NCBI GenBank assembly: GCA_018238155.1
Contig: JABCTZ010000032.1
Span: forward strand, 160,001-224,000
DNA length: 64,000 nucleotides
From: Candidatus Heimdallarchaeota archaeon
GTDB lineage: Archaea; Asgardarchaeota; Heimdallarchaeia; JABLTI01
Direction: 5' to 3'
Position numbers and translations under genes: made by a program. How positions within the stretch are numbered: the stretch's first letter is position 1; the number at the start of each line of letters is the position of its first letter. The notes below the pieces were generated by a model. That model was not told the origin of the DNA, made no database searches, and was given only the letters and a program-made list of their open reading frames with translations. Positions 40,695 to 51,034 of this stretch are shown here, piece after piece.

Positions 40695-41681
40695 ATGGCT
40701 GACAATGTACCTTTTCTCGTTATTAATCCAAATGCAAAAGACAAACGATTGGGCAGAAAGTTAGATAAAATTCTCAAATCAGCAAAGAATGCCTTTGGTG
40801 AATTTCAATATGAATTAACAACAAAAATTGGTGATGGTATACCAATTGCTAAGAGAGCTATTTCTGAAGGCTACAAAACACTTGTCTCTGTTGGTGGTGA
40901 TGGCACCCTAAATGAACTAATCAATGTTGCAGCAAAGACAGATGTAAAAGTTGGAATGATCCCAGGTGGTAGTGCGTGTGATTCGCTTAAAACACATGGA
41001 ATTCCAAAAGATTTCGATAGAGCATTTGAGCTTGTTGCAGAAGGATATTACGAACGCTTTCCTGTTGGTCATATGAAAGGAGATACAGAACGCTATTTTA
41101 TAGAGATGGTAAACGGGGGATTTATTGGCGATACAGCGGATGCTCTTGCTAATCGTTATGAATGGGCTAGTGGAGAAATTGCTTACGGATATGTTGCAAT
41201 TAAAGTGATTATGGGATTTAAACCAATACCTACTAAAATTACCATTGATAATAAAATCATAAGAGAATTAAATACTTCTACAATTGCAATTGCATTAACT
41301 GATTGCATCAGTGGTTTTGAATTTATTCCTGATAATCATCCAAGGCGTGATGATTTTGGAATTATATTTTCGCATCACAAGGGATTGAAATTAATAAAAC
41401 TGTTGTTAAAAGCGGCACGAGGAACTCATTTGAAAAACACAGATGACTTTGAACTCCTTCGAGGAAAACATGTTGTCATTGAAAGTGATATTCCACACAC
41501 ATGGGAAAGTGAAGGGGAAATACCCTCAAAGAAAGCAACTCATATTGAAGTTAATTACATCCCTGATGCAGTGAATCTCTTTATTCCAAAAGGATGGAAA
41601 TATGGTAAATCTTCAAAAGAACGAAATGCCGCTAAGAAACGTGTATTGAAGCATCAACAACCATTTCCAAAAAACGATTGA
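40695..41681 (+). CDS. Diacylglycerol/lipid kinase family protein (DAGK/YegS-like)
   Basis: INPNA, VGGDGTLNE and IPGGSACD motifs. Confidence 0.9.
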   Translation: MADNVPFLVINPNAKDKRLGRKLDKILKSAKNAFGEFQYELTTKIGDGIPIAKRAISEGYKTLVSVGGDGTLNELINVAAKTDVKVGMIPGGSACDSLKTHGIPKDFDRAFELVAEGYYERFPVGHMKGDTERYFIEMVNGGFIGDTADALANRYEWASGEIAYGYVAIKVIMGFKPIPTKITIDNKIIRELNTSTIAIALTDCISGFEFIPDNHPRRDDFGIIFSHHKGLKLIKLLLKAARGTHLKNTDDFELLRGKHVVIESDIPHTWESEGEIPSKKATHIEVNYIPDAVNLFIPKGWKYGKSSKERNAAKKRVLKHQQPFPKND

Positions 41682-41682
41682 A

Positions 41683-43350
41683 TTAAGCTGTTAATTTTGA
41701 GGAAGTTTTCACTCTTCCACCCATTTTTTCTATTAAGAAAAATGACAAATAGGAAATAATGAGCAAAATTGCTCCAATAGCACTTCCCTGCCCAAATTGT
41801 CTCACACTTCTTAATTTGAATAATGCTACTGTTAAAGTAGCTATTGAACTGTTTCTTAAATAGAAGAAATTCGCAATAGTAAATTCTCCAATACTCAATC
41901 CAACTGCAAAAGCTAGTCCGGCAACAAGTGCAGGTAATAGTAGTGGTGCATAGATTTTTCTTAATTTGAACCAGAAGGTAGCACCAAGTGTTTTTGCTGA
42001 TTCTTCCATCTCAGGATCAATAGCATTTAACCCATTCATCAATGCTCGAGTAACAAATGGATATCCAAGAAGACCATGACTAATTATAATGAATAACCAT
42101 GGATAATTAATAAAAAATATTGCATTTCCAAAAGCTCGATAAATACCAAGGGAAATTGTCATTGATGATACTGCAAGTGGGAGATAGCTAATCATTTCAT
42201 AAGAAACAGATTTTCTTTCTCTTCGATGTTTTCCTAGAACAGCTATTGTGATAATTGCTAATATTGTTGCAAAACAAGCACTACCGATTGCAAATAGAAG
42301 AGTATTCAAGATTGTGCGTGGAATTGATGTACCTAAATAGCTATTCCTTTCAAGTGAGAATATAGCTGCGTAATTCTCAAATGTAAATTGGCCCGTAGAT
42401 GTTTTAATGAAAGAGTTTATCAGAATACTAATCATTGGTGCTAATTCTAAGGTTAACCCTGCTAAGAAACAGAAAGCAAGCAACCACCCACTGAATTTTC
42501 TAAAGAATGTCTTAAACTCTAATTGCGTTCGTGGGAAAACTGCTGTATTACTTGTTTTCTTTTGTTTTGAGTTTCTGCGCATTAGAAGCAAATAACCAAC
42601 AACATAAGCAATAGTAATTATTAATTGCATTATTGCTAATGCTGCTGCTAGGTTTGTTTCTCCAGTAAAATAACTCGAGTTAATTTCAACTTCAACACTT
42701 CGATAATTACCTGGTGTGCCTAACATTAAGATAATACCAAAACTCAGAAAACAAAAATTGAAAGTGAGCATTGCTGCAGTTAAAATTGGTTGCAAGAATA
42801 ATGGTAAATAGATTCTGAAAAAAGAATGAGTGGAATTGCTCTTCATGGTTTTAGCTGCATCGATAAGGTCACGATCGAAATTTCGATAATAAGCAACAAA
42901 ATAGTGGATGACTAAAGGGATATTATAAAATGCATGAGCCATGATAATGGAAAGTAGAGGGATACCAAATAACCCATTTTCAGAAAAGATATTCAAGAAT
43001 CCCATTCCTACTAATACAGAAGGGAGAACAAATGGTACTGTAAACAATGTTAGAAGGATCTTTCTCCCTGTAAATTCATACTTTCCAAAGAAATAGCCTA
43101 ACGGAATACCAATTAAAAGTGATACAATTGTACTGAGTAGTGCTTGTGAAAGAGTAAATGCAAACAATTTGTAATAATATCCATTGGAGAAAACTTTTCC
43201 AAGATATTGGAAGGTAAAACCAGATTCATCTACAAAGCCATAGATTAGAACTGAAAAAACTGGAAATAGAAGAAATAATGTGATAAGCAATATCGGTGTT
43301 AGAAAACCTACTACTCTAACAATTTTCTTACCTGAATATTCAATTGCCAT
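41683..43350 (-). CDS. ABC transporter permease with duplicated domains (ThiP/FbpB-type)
   Basis: PFVLPS, AHAFYNIPLV and two EAA loops (DAAKTM, ESAKTLGA). Confidence 0.92.
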   Translation of the reverse strand: MAIEYSGKKIVRVVGFLTPILLITLFLLFPVFSVLIYGFVDESGFTFQYLGKVFSNGYYYKLFAFTLSQALLSTIVSLLIGIPLGYFFGKYEFTGRKILLTLFTVPFVLPSVLVGMGFLNIFSENGLFGIPLLSIIMAHAFYNIPLVIHYFVAYYRNFDRDLIDAAKTMKSNSTHSFFRIYLPLFLQPILTAAMLTFNFCFLSFGIILMLGTPGNYRSVEVEINSSYFTGETNLAAALAIMQLIITIAYVVGYLLLMRRNSKQKKTSNTAVFPRTQLEFKTFFRKFSGWLLAFCFLAGLTLELAPMISILINSFIKTSTGQFTFENYAAIFSLERNSYLGTSIPRTILNTLLFAIGSACFATILAIITIAVLGKHRRERKSVSYEMISYLPLAVSSMTISLGIYRAFGNAIFFINYPWLFIIISHGLLGYPFVTRALMNGLNAIDPEMEESAKTLGATFWFKLRKIYAPLLLPALVAGLAFAVGLSIGEFTIANFFYLRNSSIATLTVALFKLRSVRQFGQGSAIGAILLIISYLSFFLIEKMGGRVKTSSKLTA

Positions 43351-43546
43351 CCATTTTCCACCAGTTAGAAAATACTATACCTCATTTATATAAGTCCCTT
43401 ATAAAATAGTTTAGTCTCGCAAGAAAATCAATCAGAAATATGGTAATCTACTCAAAGAGAAGTCCTGAATAAAAAAAGAAAAAACAATTGAATAATTAGA
43501 GAGTTCAAGTATTAAAAAAACAAAAAATGAAAAGAGTGGATAACAT

Positions 43547-44458
43547 TCATTCCATGGGATGAATGAAAGAATTGAAATCAATGATAGTTTCAAAGTTTAC
43601 AATAGCTTTCCCTGGTGTAAAGAGCATTTCAAATTCCTTGTAATCACCAAGTTCGGGATATAATTCGAGTAAATCTAGCAGAACACTTTTGGTTACACTT
43701 TCAGAAGCTCTAGATAATTGTGCCAATCTATCCAAATTTGCAGGTTCTCCTGGTTTGAGGTCTTTGAAAATAATCTTAAAAGCAAGTACAATATTAGATC
43801 GGATAAAATGTTCTATTGAATCAAAACCAAGGAGACGATACAAAATTCTCATTGTATAGGTTCCTTTTCTTTGAATGTAAGCATAAGAACTTTGATTGTA
43901 TGAATTCATAATATCATATTCATAATAATACGCTTTTTGCAACTCCAAGATTGGATCAAATAAATATTCATACATTGTTTTTTGTTCTTCAGCAGTTTTG
44001 TATTTTTTCAAATATTTGAGATATTCAGAGTTATATTTTCCTTTATTGAAATCCTCTTCCAAATTAATACATAATTTATTCATCGTTTTTAGTGGTGTTG
44101 TTTCGAATAGAATCAAAAATGCATATTTCTTCAATCTTTTTCCAAATCTTAAATTCTTTCGAGTTTCAAATAGAATGTCTTGCAAATCTACTAAATCACT
44201 TTTTTCAACAATTGACATAATTTCATTATGTTCCTTCTTGTTTGAATTGTAGATAGCAAGCATTATTAATAGCACTACTAAATAACCTGTTGTAGATAAT
44301 CCGATTAATATTGAAAAAGCTACGTTATAGCCAAGAAAGCCCCATAATAACACCAATAATAAAAATAATAATCCCCATAAAGTTGAAATAAATATTATTG
44401 CAGATCTGAGCGATTTCTGCTGCTTGTGTGTTTCATTATCAAAAAGCGTCGTTTTCAA
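43547..44458 (-). CDS. Two-TM membrane protein with a possible C-terminal winged-helix domain
   Basis: Two N-terminal hydrophobic helices; C-terminal NLDRLAQLSRASESVTKSVLLDLL...LGDY. Confidence 0.7.
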   Translation of the reverse strand: MKTTLFDNETHKQQKSLRSAIIFISTLWGLLFLLLVLLWGFLGYNVAFSILIGLSTTGYLVVLLIMLAIYNSNKKEHNEIMSIVEKSDLVDLQDILFETRKNLRFGKRLKKYAFLILFETTPLKTMNKLCINLEEDFNKGKYNSEYLKYLKKYKTAEEQKTMYEYLFDPILELQKAYYYEYDIMNSYNQSSYAYIQRKGTYTMRILYRLLGFDSIEHFIRSNIVLAFKIIFKDLKPGEPANLDRLAQLSRASESVTKSVLLDLLELYPELGDYKEFEMLFTPGKAIVNFETIIDFNSFIHPME

Positions 44459-44610
44459 TGTTGGTCTCTCTGAGATTTAATACCTCTCTCGGTTATTAAA
44501 CATTTAGAATTTTAACTTTAAACTGAATAAGAAGACTAAAGTTTAAAGAATACAAATATTGAAATGAGTGATACATTGTACAAAATATCGTTAAACAAAA
44601 GGTAAGAATC

Positions 44611-45672
44611 ATGCCCTCCATTGAAGTGAAAAACATCTCAAAAAAGTTTGATGATTCAATAGCAATTCAAGATATTAGTTTTAAATTGGAAGAAGGTAAA
44701 TTACTCACTTTATTAGGACCAAGTGGAAGTGGAAAAACAACTATCCTTCGATTAATCGCCGGACTAATTGAACTTGATACTGGTGAGATATTCTTTGATG
44801 ATATTGATGTAGTTAAAATACCTACAGAAGAACGAAATATTGGATTTGTGTTCCAATCATATGCTCTCTTCCCTCATCTCCCTGTTTCTGAGAATATTGC
44901 TTTTGGTCTTGAAACTAGAAAATGGACAAAAGAGGCTATTATAGTTAGAGTAAAGGAGATGCTAGCTTTAGTTGGGCTTACAGGTAAAGGAAAAAGATAC
45001 CCTAGAGAGTTGAGTGGAGGTGAGAAATCCCGAGTAGCACTAGCTCGTGCATTGGCGCCAAATCCCTCTCTTCTTTTATTAGATGAACCACTATCTGCTT
45101 TAGACATGTCACTAAAAGAGACTTTGAGAGAAACAATAAGAAATATACAACAAAAAATTGGTGTTTCAACCATTTATGTAACTCATGATCAAACTGAAGC
45201 AATGGAAATTTCCGATCAAATCTTGGTTCTTGATCATGGTCAAATTGTCGAGAGTGGCTCACCTCAAGAATTGTATTTAGCGCCCAAGAAGAAATTCACC
45301 GCCGAATTTTTCGGCATAACTAATATCTTGACTGGAAAAGTGACTACAATACATGAGCGTTATTATTTGAACCATTCTTCAGGTAGTATCCTCTTACCAA
45401 AAAATTGGTCTTCTACAGTCGATGAAGAAATAACTATAGCAATTTTTCCACAACATATTATTCTCTCAAATAATACTAAAAAGTTAGACAATGAATTTCC
45501 GGCTATTGTTGTTAGTTCTTCTTTTGGAGGATCCATTGTTTCTGTAATTGTTGAAGTAAATGGTTTTCCATTTGAAATTCAATTTACGAGTTCTCGAATA
45601 AAAAACAAATTCACAGAAGGGGAAAAGCTTTACCTTTCTATTCCTGAATCTTCTATTCTCTTGCTTGAATAA
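44611..45672 (+). CDS. ABC transporter ATP-binding protein (PotA/FbpC/ThiQ-type with TOBE domain)
   Basis: GPSGSGKT, FQSYALFPH, LSGGE, LLLDEP and YVTHDQ motifs. Confidence 0.95.
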   Translation: MPSIEVKNISKKFDDSIAIQDISFKLEEGKLLTLLGPSGSGKTTILRLIAGLIELDTGEIFFDDIDVVKIPTEERNIGFVFQSYALFPHLPVSENIAFGLETRKWTKEAIIVRVKEMLALVGLTGKGKRYPRELSGGEKSRVALARALAPNPSLLLLDEPLSALDMSLKETLRETIRNIQQKIGVSTIYVTHDQTEAMEISDQILVLDHGQIVESGSPQELYLAPKKKFTAEFFGITNILTGKVTTIHERYYLNHSSGSILLPKNWSSTVDEEITIAIFPQHIILSNNTKKLDNEFPAIVVSSSFGGSIVSVIVEVNGFPFEIQFTSSRIKNKFTEGEKLYLSIPESSILLLE

Positions 45673-45702
45673 AATAGATGACAAATAAGAAATAGAATTG
45701 AG

Positions 45703-45723
45703 TGAGTAGAAATTATCTACTCA
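45703..45723. terminator. Hairpin between convergent genes
   Basis: TGAGTAGA-AATTA-TCTACTCA (8-bp stem). Confidence 0.5.
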
Positions 45724-45740
45724 AAAAGTCAATGTATAAC

Positions 45741-46019
45741 TTACAATCTAAATAATTGTAGAGCTTCGATTTCACTTACACCTTCAACTTTCTCTAGAAC
45801 TGATTCAAGGTGATCTTGTAAGCCATCTTGTTCTTCAAAATTGATATCAACAATAAGTGCTACCATTCCAAAAGCAATTGGTCTTTCACCTGAAGCTGTT
45901 ACTTTCATATCTTCAGGTAATGCTTTAATTATTCTTTCTTTTATTACTGCTGGTTTCACGTTTATGTCTTCTGGCAATATTTTGTATGTGCCTACTATTC
46001 TGGTACTTTTTTTAGTCAT
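45741..46019 (-). CDS. ef1b: Translation elongation factor aEF-1beta
   Basis: KILPED, PIAFGMVAL and VEGVSEIE motifs; 92 aa. Confidence 0.93.
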   Translation of the reverse strand: MTKKSTRIVGTYKILPEDINVKPAVIKERIIKALPEDMKVTASGERPIAFGMVALIVDINFEEQDGLQDHLESVLEKVEGVSEIEALQLFRL

Positions 46020-46124
46020 TTTTTTTCATCTCATTTCTTTTTTGAATAAAGGACTTTTAATTAACTAGCTTTTTCTGGTTAATGTTTGCTTTTTCTTCTT
46101 TTCGATATGGTTGAAATTCAATTT

Positions 46125-49100
46125 CTATTCTAGTGGAACAATCGTTAGTTTTACTTTTGTTCCATCTATATCCCAATCTGATGAAATACCATCTTTCTTT
46201 GCGCCAACTTTGATAAGTGTTGATAATGTTTCTGTTTTAATGAACTCTGCCCACTTATTCATAGCATTGGTAATTTTTTCATCACCTTTATAGTAAAGTT
46301 CAATATTTTGAGTGTATTCAAGATTTGCTTCTTTCCTCATAGTTTGTACTCTCCGAACAATGTCTCGGACAAGTCCTTCTTGGATAAGTTTTGGTGTTAA
46401 TTTCGTTTTAATGAAAATCTGTCCACCATCAAAGGAAGCATCTGAATATCCTTCTTTACCACTTGAGATTATATCCAAATATTCTTCGTTAACATCAAAT
46501 ACTCCATCTTCTGTTTCTAGTTTGAAGGAATGTTTCTCTCTTATATCTGTAACCGCTTTCTGAGATTTTTCATCTGAAAGATCTTTAATTGCATTTCCTA
46601 CTACATGAGCATTTTGTTTGAACGCCGGTCCTAGAAGTTTGAATTTTGGTTTTAATTGATAGTTAACCATTTCAGAAAGCTCTACTTGGAATGTAATCTC
46701 CTTTATATTGAGTTCTTCTTTGATTTCTGTTAAAAATTGTTTAGCCATTTTTTGTTGAGCTTCAGAGCAAACAACAATCAATTCTTGTAATGGTAATCTA
46801 ACTTTGATGTTAGCTTTATTTCTTGCAGCTCTACCTGCTTCAACGATAGCAATAGTACAATCCATAGCTTTCTCAAGATGGATGAGGATTGCTTTGGGAT
46901 TTTTCTTTGGAAATGCTTCATAGTGAACGCTCAGCATTTCCTTCTTTTTCTTTCCCTTCTCTAATCTTCTAACGAGATTTTGATATAATTCCTCAGCAAC
47001 AAATGGGATAAAAGGTGCGATGATCTTAGTTATCCTTACAAGAGTTTCATACAATGTAGCAAGAGCGTCTTTTTTATCTTTAGTTATTTCTGAGTTCCAG
47101 AATCTTCTTCGTGATCTTCTGATATACCAATTGCTCAAATCTTCAACAACGAATCTATCAATTGCTGCTGCAGCTTTATGAGATTGGAATTCATCTAAAT
47201 TTTCACTTACAGTAACAACTAAAGAATTCAATTTAGAGATTAACCATTGATCTAAAACTGATCTGTCATTTAATTTACTCTCAATAGTTCTTGGATCAAT
47301 ATCATCAATATTGACATTTGTTACAAAGAAGGAATAGACATTCCAGAGAGTGCTGAAAAATCTTCTTCGTGTATCTTCGATAACTTCATTTGAGAAACGA
47401 GTAGGATTCCAAACCGGCGATGAGAAGAAATACCACCTCATTGGGTCTGCTCCTAAAGTATCATAAACCGAAGAAGGGTTTACAACATTTCCAATATGTT
47501 TGCTCATTTTAACTCCTTTCTTGTCAAGAACATGGCCCATAGTTAGGCAGTTTAAATAAGCCGGTTTATTGAAAACAGCAGTACTAATTGCTAGCAAAGT
47601 ATAAAACCATCCTCTTGTTTGATCAATAGCCTCAGTAATAAAATCTATAGGATAATGCTCTTCGAATTTCTCTTTATTTTCAAAGGGATAATGCCATTGA
47701 GCAAATTGAGATGCACCGGATTCATACCAACAGTCGATTACAAAAGGTTCTCTCTTCATCTTTTTACTACATTCGGGACAGAACAAGTCAATTTCATCTA
47801 TCCATGGTTGGTGTAGCTCGAAATCTTCTGGAAGTTCTTTTTTCATATATGACTTTAATTCTTCCACTCCACCAATACAAACTGTCTTATCACAAGTACA
47901 CATCCAAATTGGCAAAGGTGACCCCCAGAATCGCTCACGGCTGAGTGCCCAATCAACAATATTATCTAAGAAATCACCAAAACGACCGTGTTTCAAATGA
48001 GCAGGAACCCAATTGATTTGTTCATTTGTAGCAAGAATTTGCTCACGCAATGTACTCATTCTAATAAGCCAAGCTTCTCGAGCATAATACATTGTGGGTG
48101 TTTTGCATCTCCAACAAAAACCACTTGTATGTTTTGATGTTTTTTCTGTAATTAAACGCTCATCATCTCTAAGTACTTTAATGATAAGTTTATCCGCATC
48201 TTTAATGAACATTCCAGCCCAAGGAGTTATTTCTTCTGTAAAGGTTCCATTTGTTTTGACGGGTTGTAAGAATGGAAGGTTCTTTTGTAATGCAAGTTCG
48301 TAATCTTCTGGACCAAATGCTGGCGCTGTGTGAACAATACCAGTTCCATCTTCTGTACTAACAAAATCAGCTGTAACTACTCTAAATCCTTTCTTTGCTT
48401 CTTTCGCAGGAAGTTTTGCATATGAGAATAATTGTTCATATCGCATTTCTTCCAAATCTTTTCCTTTCATTTTTTCTATTACTTTATAATCATTATTTGG
48501 AAATATTGTAGAAAGTCTATCTTTTGCGAGAATGTACATTTCATCTTCACGTTGGATTTTAACATAATTGATATCTTTTCCAACTGCGAGACCCACATTA
48601 GAAATTAATGTCCATGGAGTTGTTGTCCAAGCTAAAAAGAAGGTGTTTTTTTCTCCTTCTTTAGTAAACTTAATTGTGATTGATGGATCACTTGTTTCCT
48701 TCAACCCTTGTGAATACTCGTGACTACTTAGAGTTACCTCACATCTCGGGCATGATGGAATTACTTTATATCCTTTAATGAGGAGTCCTTTGTCCCATAA
48801 ATCCTTCAAACTCCACCAGACGGATTCAATATAGTTATCCTCCATGGTAATGTAGGCATTATCCATATCGATCCAGAAACCAACTCGTCTGGTCATCTCT
48901 TCCCAATCGCTAACATATTTCATAACTGACTTTCTACATCTTTGATTGAATTTCTTAATACCATAATCAAAAATTTCGGTTTTTGAATTTAATCCCAATT
49001 CTTTCTCAATTTCAATTTCTACTGGTAGACCATGACAATCCCATCCTCCAATTAGAGGTGAAACAAAGAAACCGTTCATAGATTTATAACGAATATAGAG

Positions 49101-49304
49101 GTCTTTCAAACATCTAGTTAAAACATGCCCTACATGCGGCAAACCATTGGCTGTTGGAGGTCCTTCTAAGAAAATGAACTTTTCATTCCCCTTTCGATTA
49201 TCTCTTAATTTATGATAAACATCTTCTTTTTCCCAGAATTTGAGAATCTTTTTTTCGATTTTTGGAAATTCAACGAATGTTTTTACTTCTTTGAAGATAG
49301 TCAT
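46125..49304 (-). CDS. ileS: Isoleucyl-tRNA synthetase (type 2)
   Basis: GPPTANGLPHVGH, GWDCHGLP, WTTTPWTL, DWALSRERFWG, DQTRGWFY and KMSKH motifs. Confidence 0.98.
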   Translation of the reverse strand: MTIFKEVKTFVEFPKIEKKILKFWEKEDVYHKLRDNRKGNEKFIFLEGPPTANGLPHVGHVLTRCLKDLYIRYKSMNGFFVSPLIGGWDCHGLPVEIEIEKELGLNSKTEIFDYGIKKFNQRCRKSVMKYVSDWEEMTRRVGFWIDMDNAYITMEDNYIESVWWSLKDLWDKGLLIKGYKVIPSCPRCEVTLSSHEYSQGLKETSDPSITIKFTKEGEKNTFFLAWTTTPWTLISNVGLAVGKDINYVKIQREDEMYILAKDRLSTIFPNNDYKVIEKMKGKDLEEMRYEQLFSYAKLPAKEAKKGFRVVTADFVSTEDGTGIVHTAPAFGPEDYELALQKNLPFLQPVKTNGTFTEEITPWAGMFIKDADKLIIKVLRDDERLITEKTSKHTSGFCWRCKTPTMYYAREAWLIRMSTLREQILATNEQINWVPAHLKHGRFGDFLDNIVDWALSRERFWGSPLPIWMCTCDKTVCIGGVEELKSYMKKELPEDFELHQPWIDEIDLFCPECSKKMKREPFVIDCWYESGASQFAQWHYPFENKEKFEEHYPIDFITEAIDQTRGWFYTLLAISTAVFNKPAYLNCLTMGHVLDKKGVKMSKHIGNVVNPSSVYDTLGADPMRWYFFSSPVWNPTRFSNEVIEDTRRRFFSTLWNVYSFFVTNVNIDDIDPRTIESKLNDRSVLDQWLISKLNSLVVTVSENLDEFQSHKAAAAIDRFVVEDLSNWYIRRSRRRFWNSEITKDKKDALATLYETLVRITKIIAPFIPFVAEELYQNLVRRLEKGKKKKEMLSVHYEAFPKKNPKAILIHLEKAMDCTIAIVEAGRAARNKANIKVRLPLQELIVVCSEAQQKMAKQFLTEIKEELNIKEITFQVELSEMVNYQLKPKFKLLGPAFKQNAHVVGNAIKDLSDEKSQKAVTDIREKHSFKLETEDGVFDVNEEYLDIISSGKEGYSDASFDGGQIFIKTKLTPKLIQEGLVRDIVRRVQTMRKEANLEYTQNIELYYKGDEKITNAMNKWAEFIKTETLSTLIKVGAKKDGISSDWDIDGTKVKLTIVPLE

Positions 49305-49522
49305 GATATTTTGACCTCAATTAAAAATTAATGATAATAATCAATTTCTGTTATTACTGGTTTTTGAAAACCTCTCTCGCCATTTTAAAGTTTTTTTGAT
49401 ATTATGATTATCTAAAAAAAGATAAAATATTCTCCTTATTTGTGTTTTTAACCTAAACTAAGTATAATACTCTTGTAATATTATCGAAAGTATTATTTGT
49501 AGTATGAATCTATAATTAGTCT

Positions 49523-49852
49523 ATGTTAGATGAAAATAATCAAATGCCAATTGCAGATCTTTCTACAGAAGAGATTGAAACAACATTCGAAGAATCCGAT
49601 GAAGAAAACATGCTTTTCGAAGAAGAAATTTTTGTAGATTCATCAAGGAAATTTACCTTTCGTTCCTTTCTCAGGATGAGTGGCATAACAATTGTTTTCC
49701 TATTGCTAGCTGCAGTTGTTATGATTATTGGTTTGATTGTATACTATTATACTGCTACTGAAACCTTAAGAAATGCTGGTTTTTGGCTAATCATTGTAGG
49801 AGTAATTGTTTTTCTTTTGACAATTATTTTCGGATTTGAACGAATAGAATAG
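49523..49852 (+). CDS. Small two-TM membrane protein with acidic N-terminus
   Basis: E/D-rich first 40 aa followed by two hydrophobic helices. Confidence 0.7.
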   Translation: MLDENNQMPIADLSTEEIETTFEESDEENMLFEEEIFVDSSRKFTFRSFLRMSGITIVFLLLAAVVMIIGLIVYYYTATETLRNAGFWLIIVGVIVFLLTIIFGFERIE

Positions 49853-49871
49853 CTCTTGATTTAGATCTTTG

Positions 49872-50078
49872 CTATTTGTTGAAATCTTTTTCAGACCAGG
49901 ATGAGAGTCTGATTTGTTCACTTTTACATTTGGGGCAAACAGTTCTCTGAAAAACTATGCCATCTTCTTCTTTTTGAATATATTCTGCTTCTGCGAAGCG
50001 ATGTCCACAATCATTACAAATATACACATCTGGACGCCATACGTCTGTTTGTTCTTTCTTCTTGGACATATTTCTCAC
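49872..50078 (-). CDS. Small zinc-ribbon protein (start probably ATG at 50069)
   Basis: YICNDCGHRF...VCPKCKS; AGGTGA Shine-Dalgarno upstream. Confidence 0.75.
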   Translation of the reverse strand: MRNMSKKKEQTDVWRPDVYICNDCGHRFAEAEYIQKEEDGIVFQRTVCPKCKSEQIRLSSWSEKDFNK

Positions 50079-50280
50079 CTTTCTTCTTCTTCAATATTCT
50101 ATATTAGAACTATAAATCTTATTCAAGAATAACATAATAATAGAAATCAAAATATTACTATTAATATTAAATCACTAAGAAAAACAAAACTTTAATAATG
50201 AAGATATTTTTAAAACAAGAAAGAATTGAAAAAGATGTTAATAGAGCTTTATCTTAGATGTTCGGAGTTGCTCAAATACA

Positions 50281-50706
50281 ATGTCATTATGGAAAAATAA
50301 AACTAACAGAACAATATTGATCTCCTCAATATTTCTAGTGCTTGTTTTAGCCTTAATTATTTTCATATCTGTTTACGATGTAGAGAATGAACCATTAATT
50401 GGTTTAATGTGGTTATTTAGTAATGCTGGTGCAATAATAATTGTCGGACTATTGTTCTGGATACTGTATTTTAATCTTTTACTCCTCGTTGGAAGTATCC
50501 GTGAAAAGATGGATGCACTCCCTGGTTGGACTGAAATTGTCATTTGTGCACTCGTTACATTACTACCTGCAATATTCCTTGGGAATTTTGATAACTTCTG
50601 GAAACCCTGGATTGTTTTTGGTATCACTGCTTTAGGTGTAATCCTAATTTCACTATGGTTCTTAATGAGTTCAACAGAAAGAGAAGAATCACCCACGAAA
50701 TCATAA
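50281..50706 (+). CDS. Four-TM hypothetical membrane protein
   Basis: Four hydrophobic helices; REK...PGWTE loop; GGAG upstream. Confidence 0.8.
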   Translation: MSLWKNKTNRTILISSIFLVLVLALIIFISVYDVENEPLIGLMWLFSNAGAIIIVGLLFWILYFNLLLLVGSIREKMDALPGWTEIVICALVTLLPAIFLGNFDNFWKPWIVFGITALGVILISLWFLMSSTEREESPTKS

Positions 50707-50707
50707 G

Positions 50708-50729
50708 AGATTCACAATTGAATCTTTTT
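50708..50729 (+). terminator. Hairpin plus U-tract after the membrane protein gene
   Basis: AGATTCA-CAAT-TGAATCT followed by TTTT. Confidence 0.55.
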
Positions 50730-50793
50730 CCCCTATTTTTAATAATATCAAGTATATATTGTAAGTAATTTCTTTGTTTCTATTCACTCTTTA

Positions 50794-50808
50794 GGGAAAA
50801 TTTATTTA
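50794..50808 (+). promoter_or_regulatory. BRE/TATA-like promoter for the leader of the SBDS-exosome operon
   Basis: GGGAAAA-TTTATTTA; implies a transcription start near 50832-50835. Confidence 0.5.
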
Positions 50809-50834
50809 CTAATAGATTTCTCATTTCTCTTGTA

Positions 50835-51034
50835 AGACAAAAAACCCCTAAATATCGGTCTTCACTTTGACTGAAAACTGCTATGCGGTATTCGAATTGC
50901 TCTTTAGATTAGACCGAGTCCCAAAATCCTTAATCATCTATTCCCACACATTCGGATTGGATTTTTATGGAATGAACTTTTCATTGGAAAGCTAATAGGG
51001 ATTCCAAGGATGATTTTGTCTGAAGATGGTTAAG
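50835..51034 (+). ncRNA. Candidate structured RNA (long 5' leader or stand-alone ncRNA)
   Basis: Nested helices 50835-42/51014-21, 50846-50/50996-51000, 50855-61/50911-17 and 50923-29/50959-65, plus an 11-bp pairing 50929-39/51024-34. G-U pairs favour the + strand. Confidence 0.5.

Noticed and set aside
50908-51033. 41-codon stop-free frame inside the leader (IRPSPKILNHLFPH...)
   Set aside because: There is no suitable start codon near its 5' end and no resemblance to psmA or any protein I recognise.
50835-51034. Identity of the structured region as RNase P RNA, SRP RNA or a C/D box guide
   Set aside because: No GAGGAAAGUCC-type RNase P core or SRP helix-8 motif on either strand. CTGA boxes occur, but there is no proper RTGATGA C box at guide spacing.
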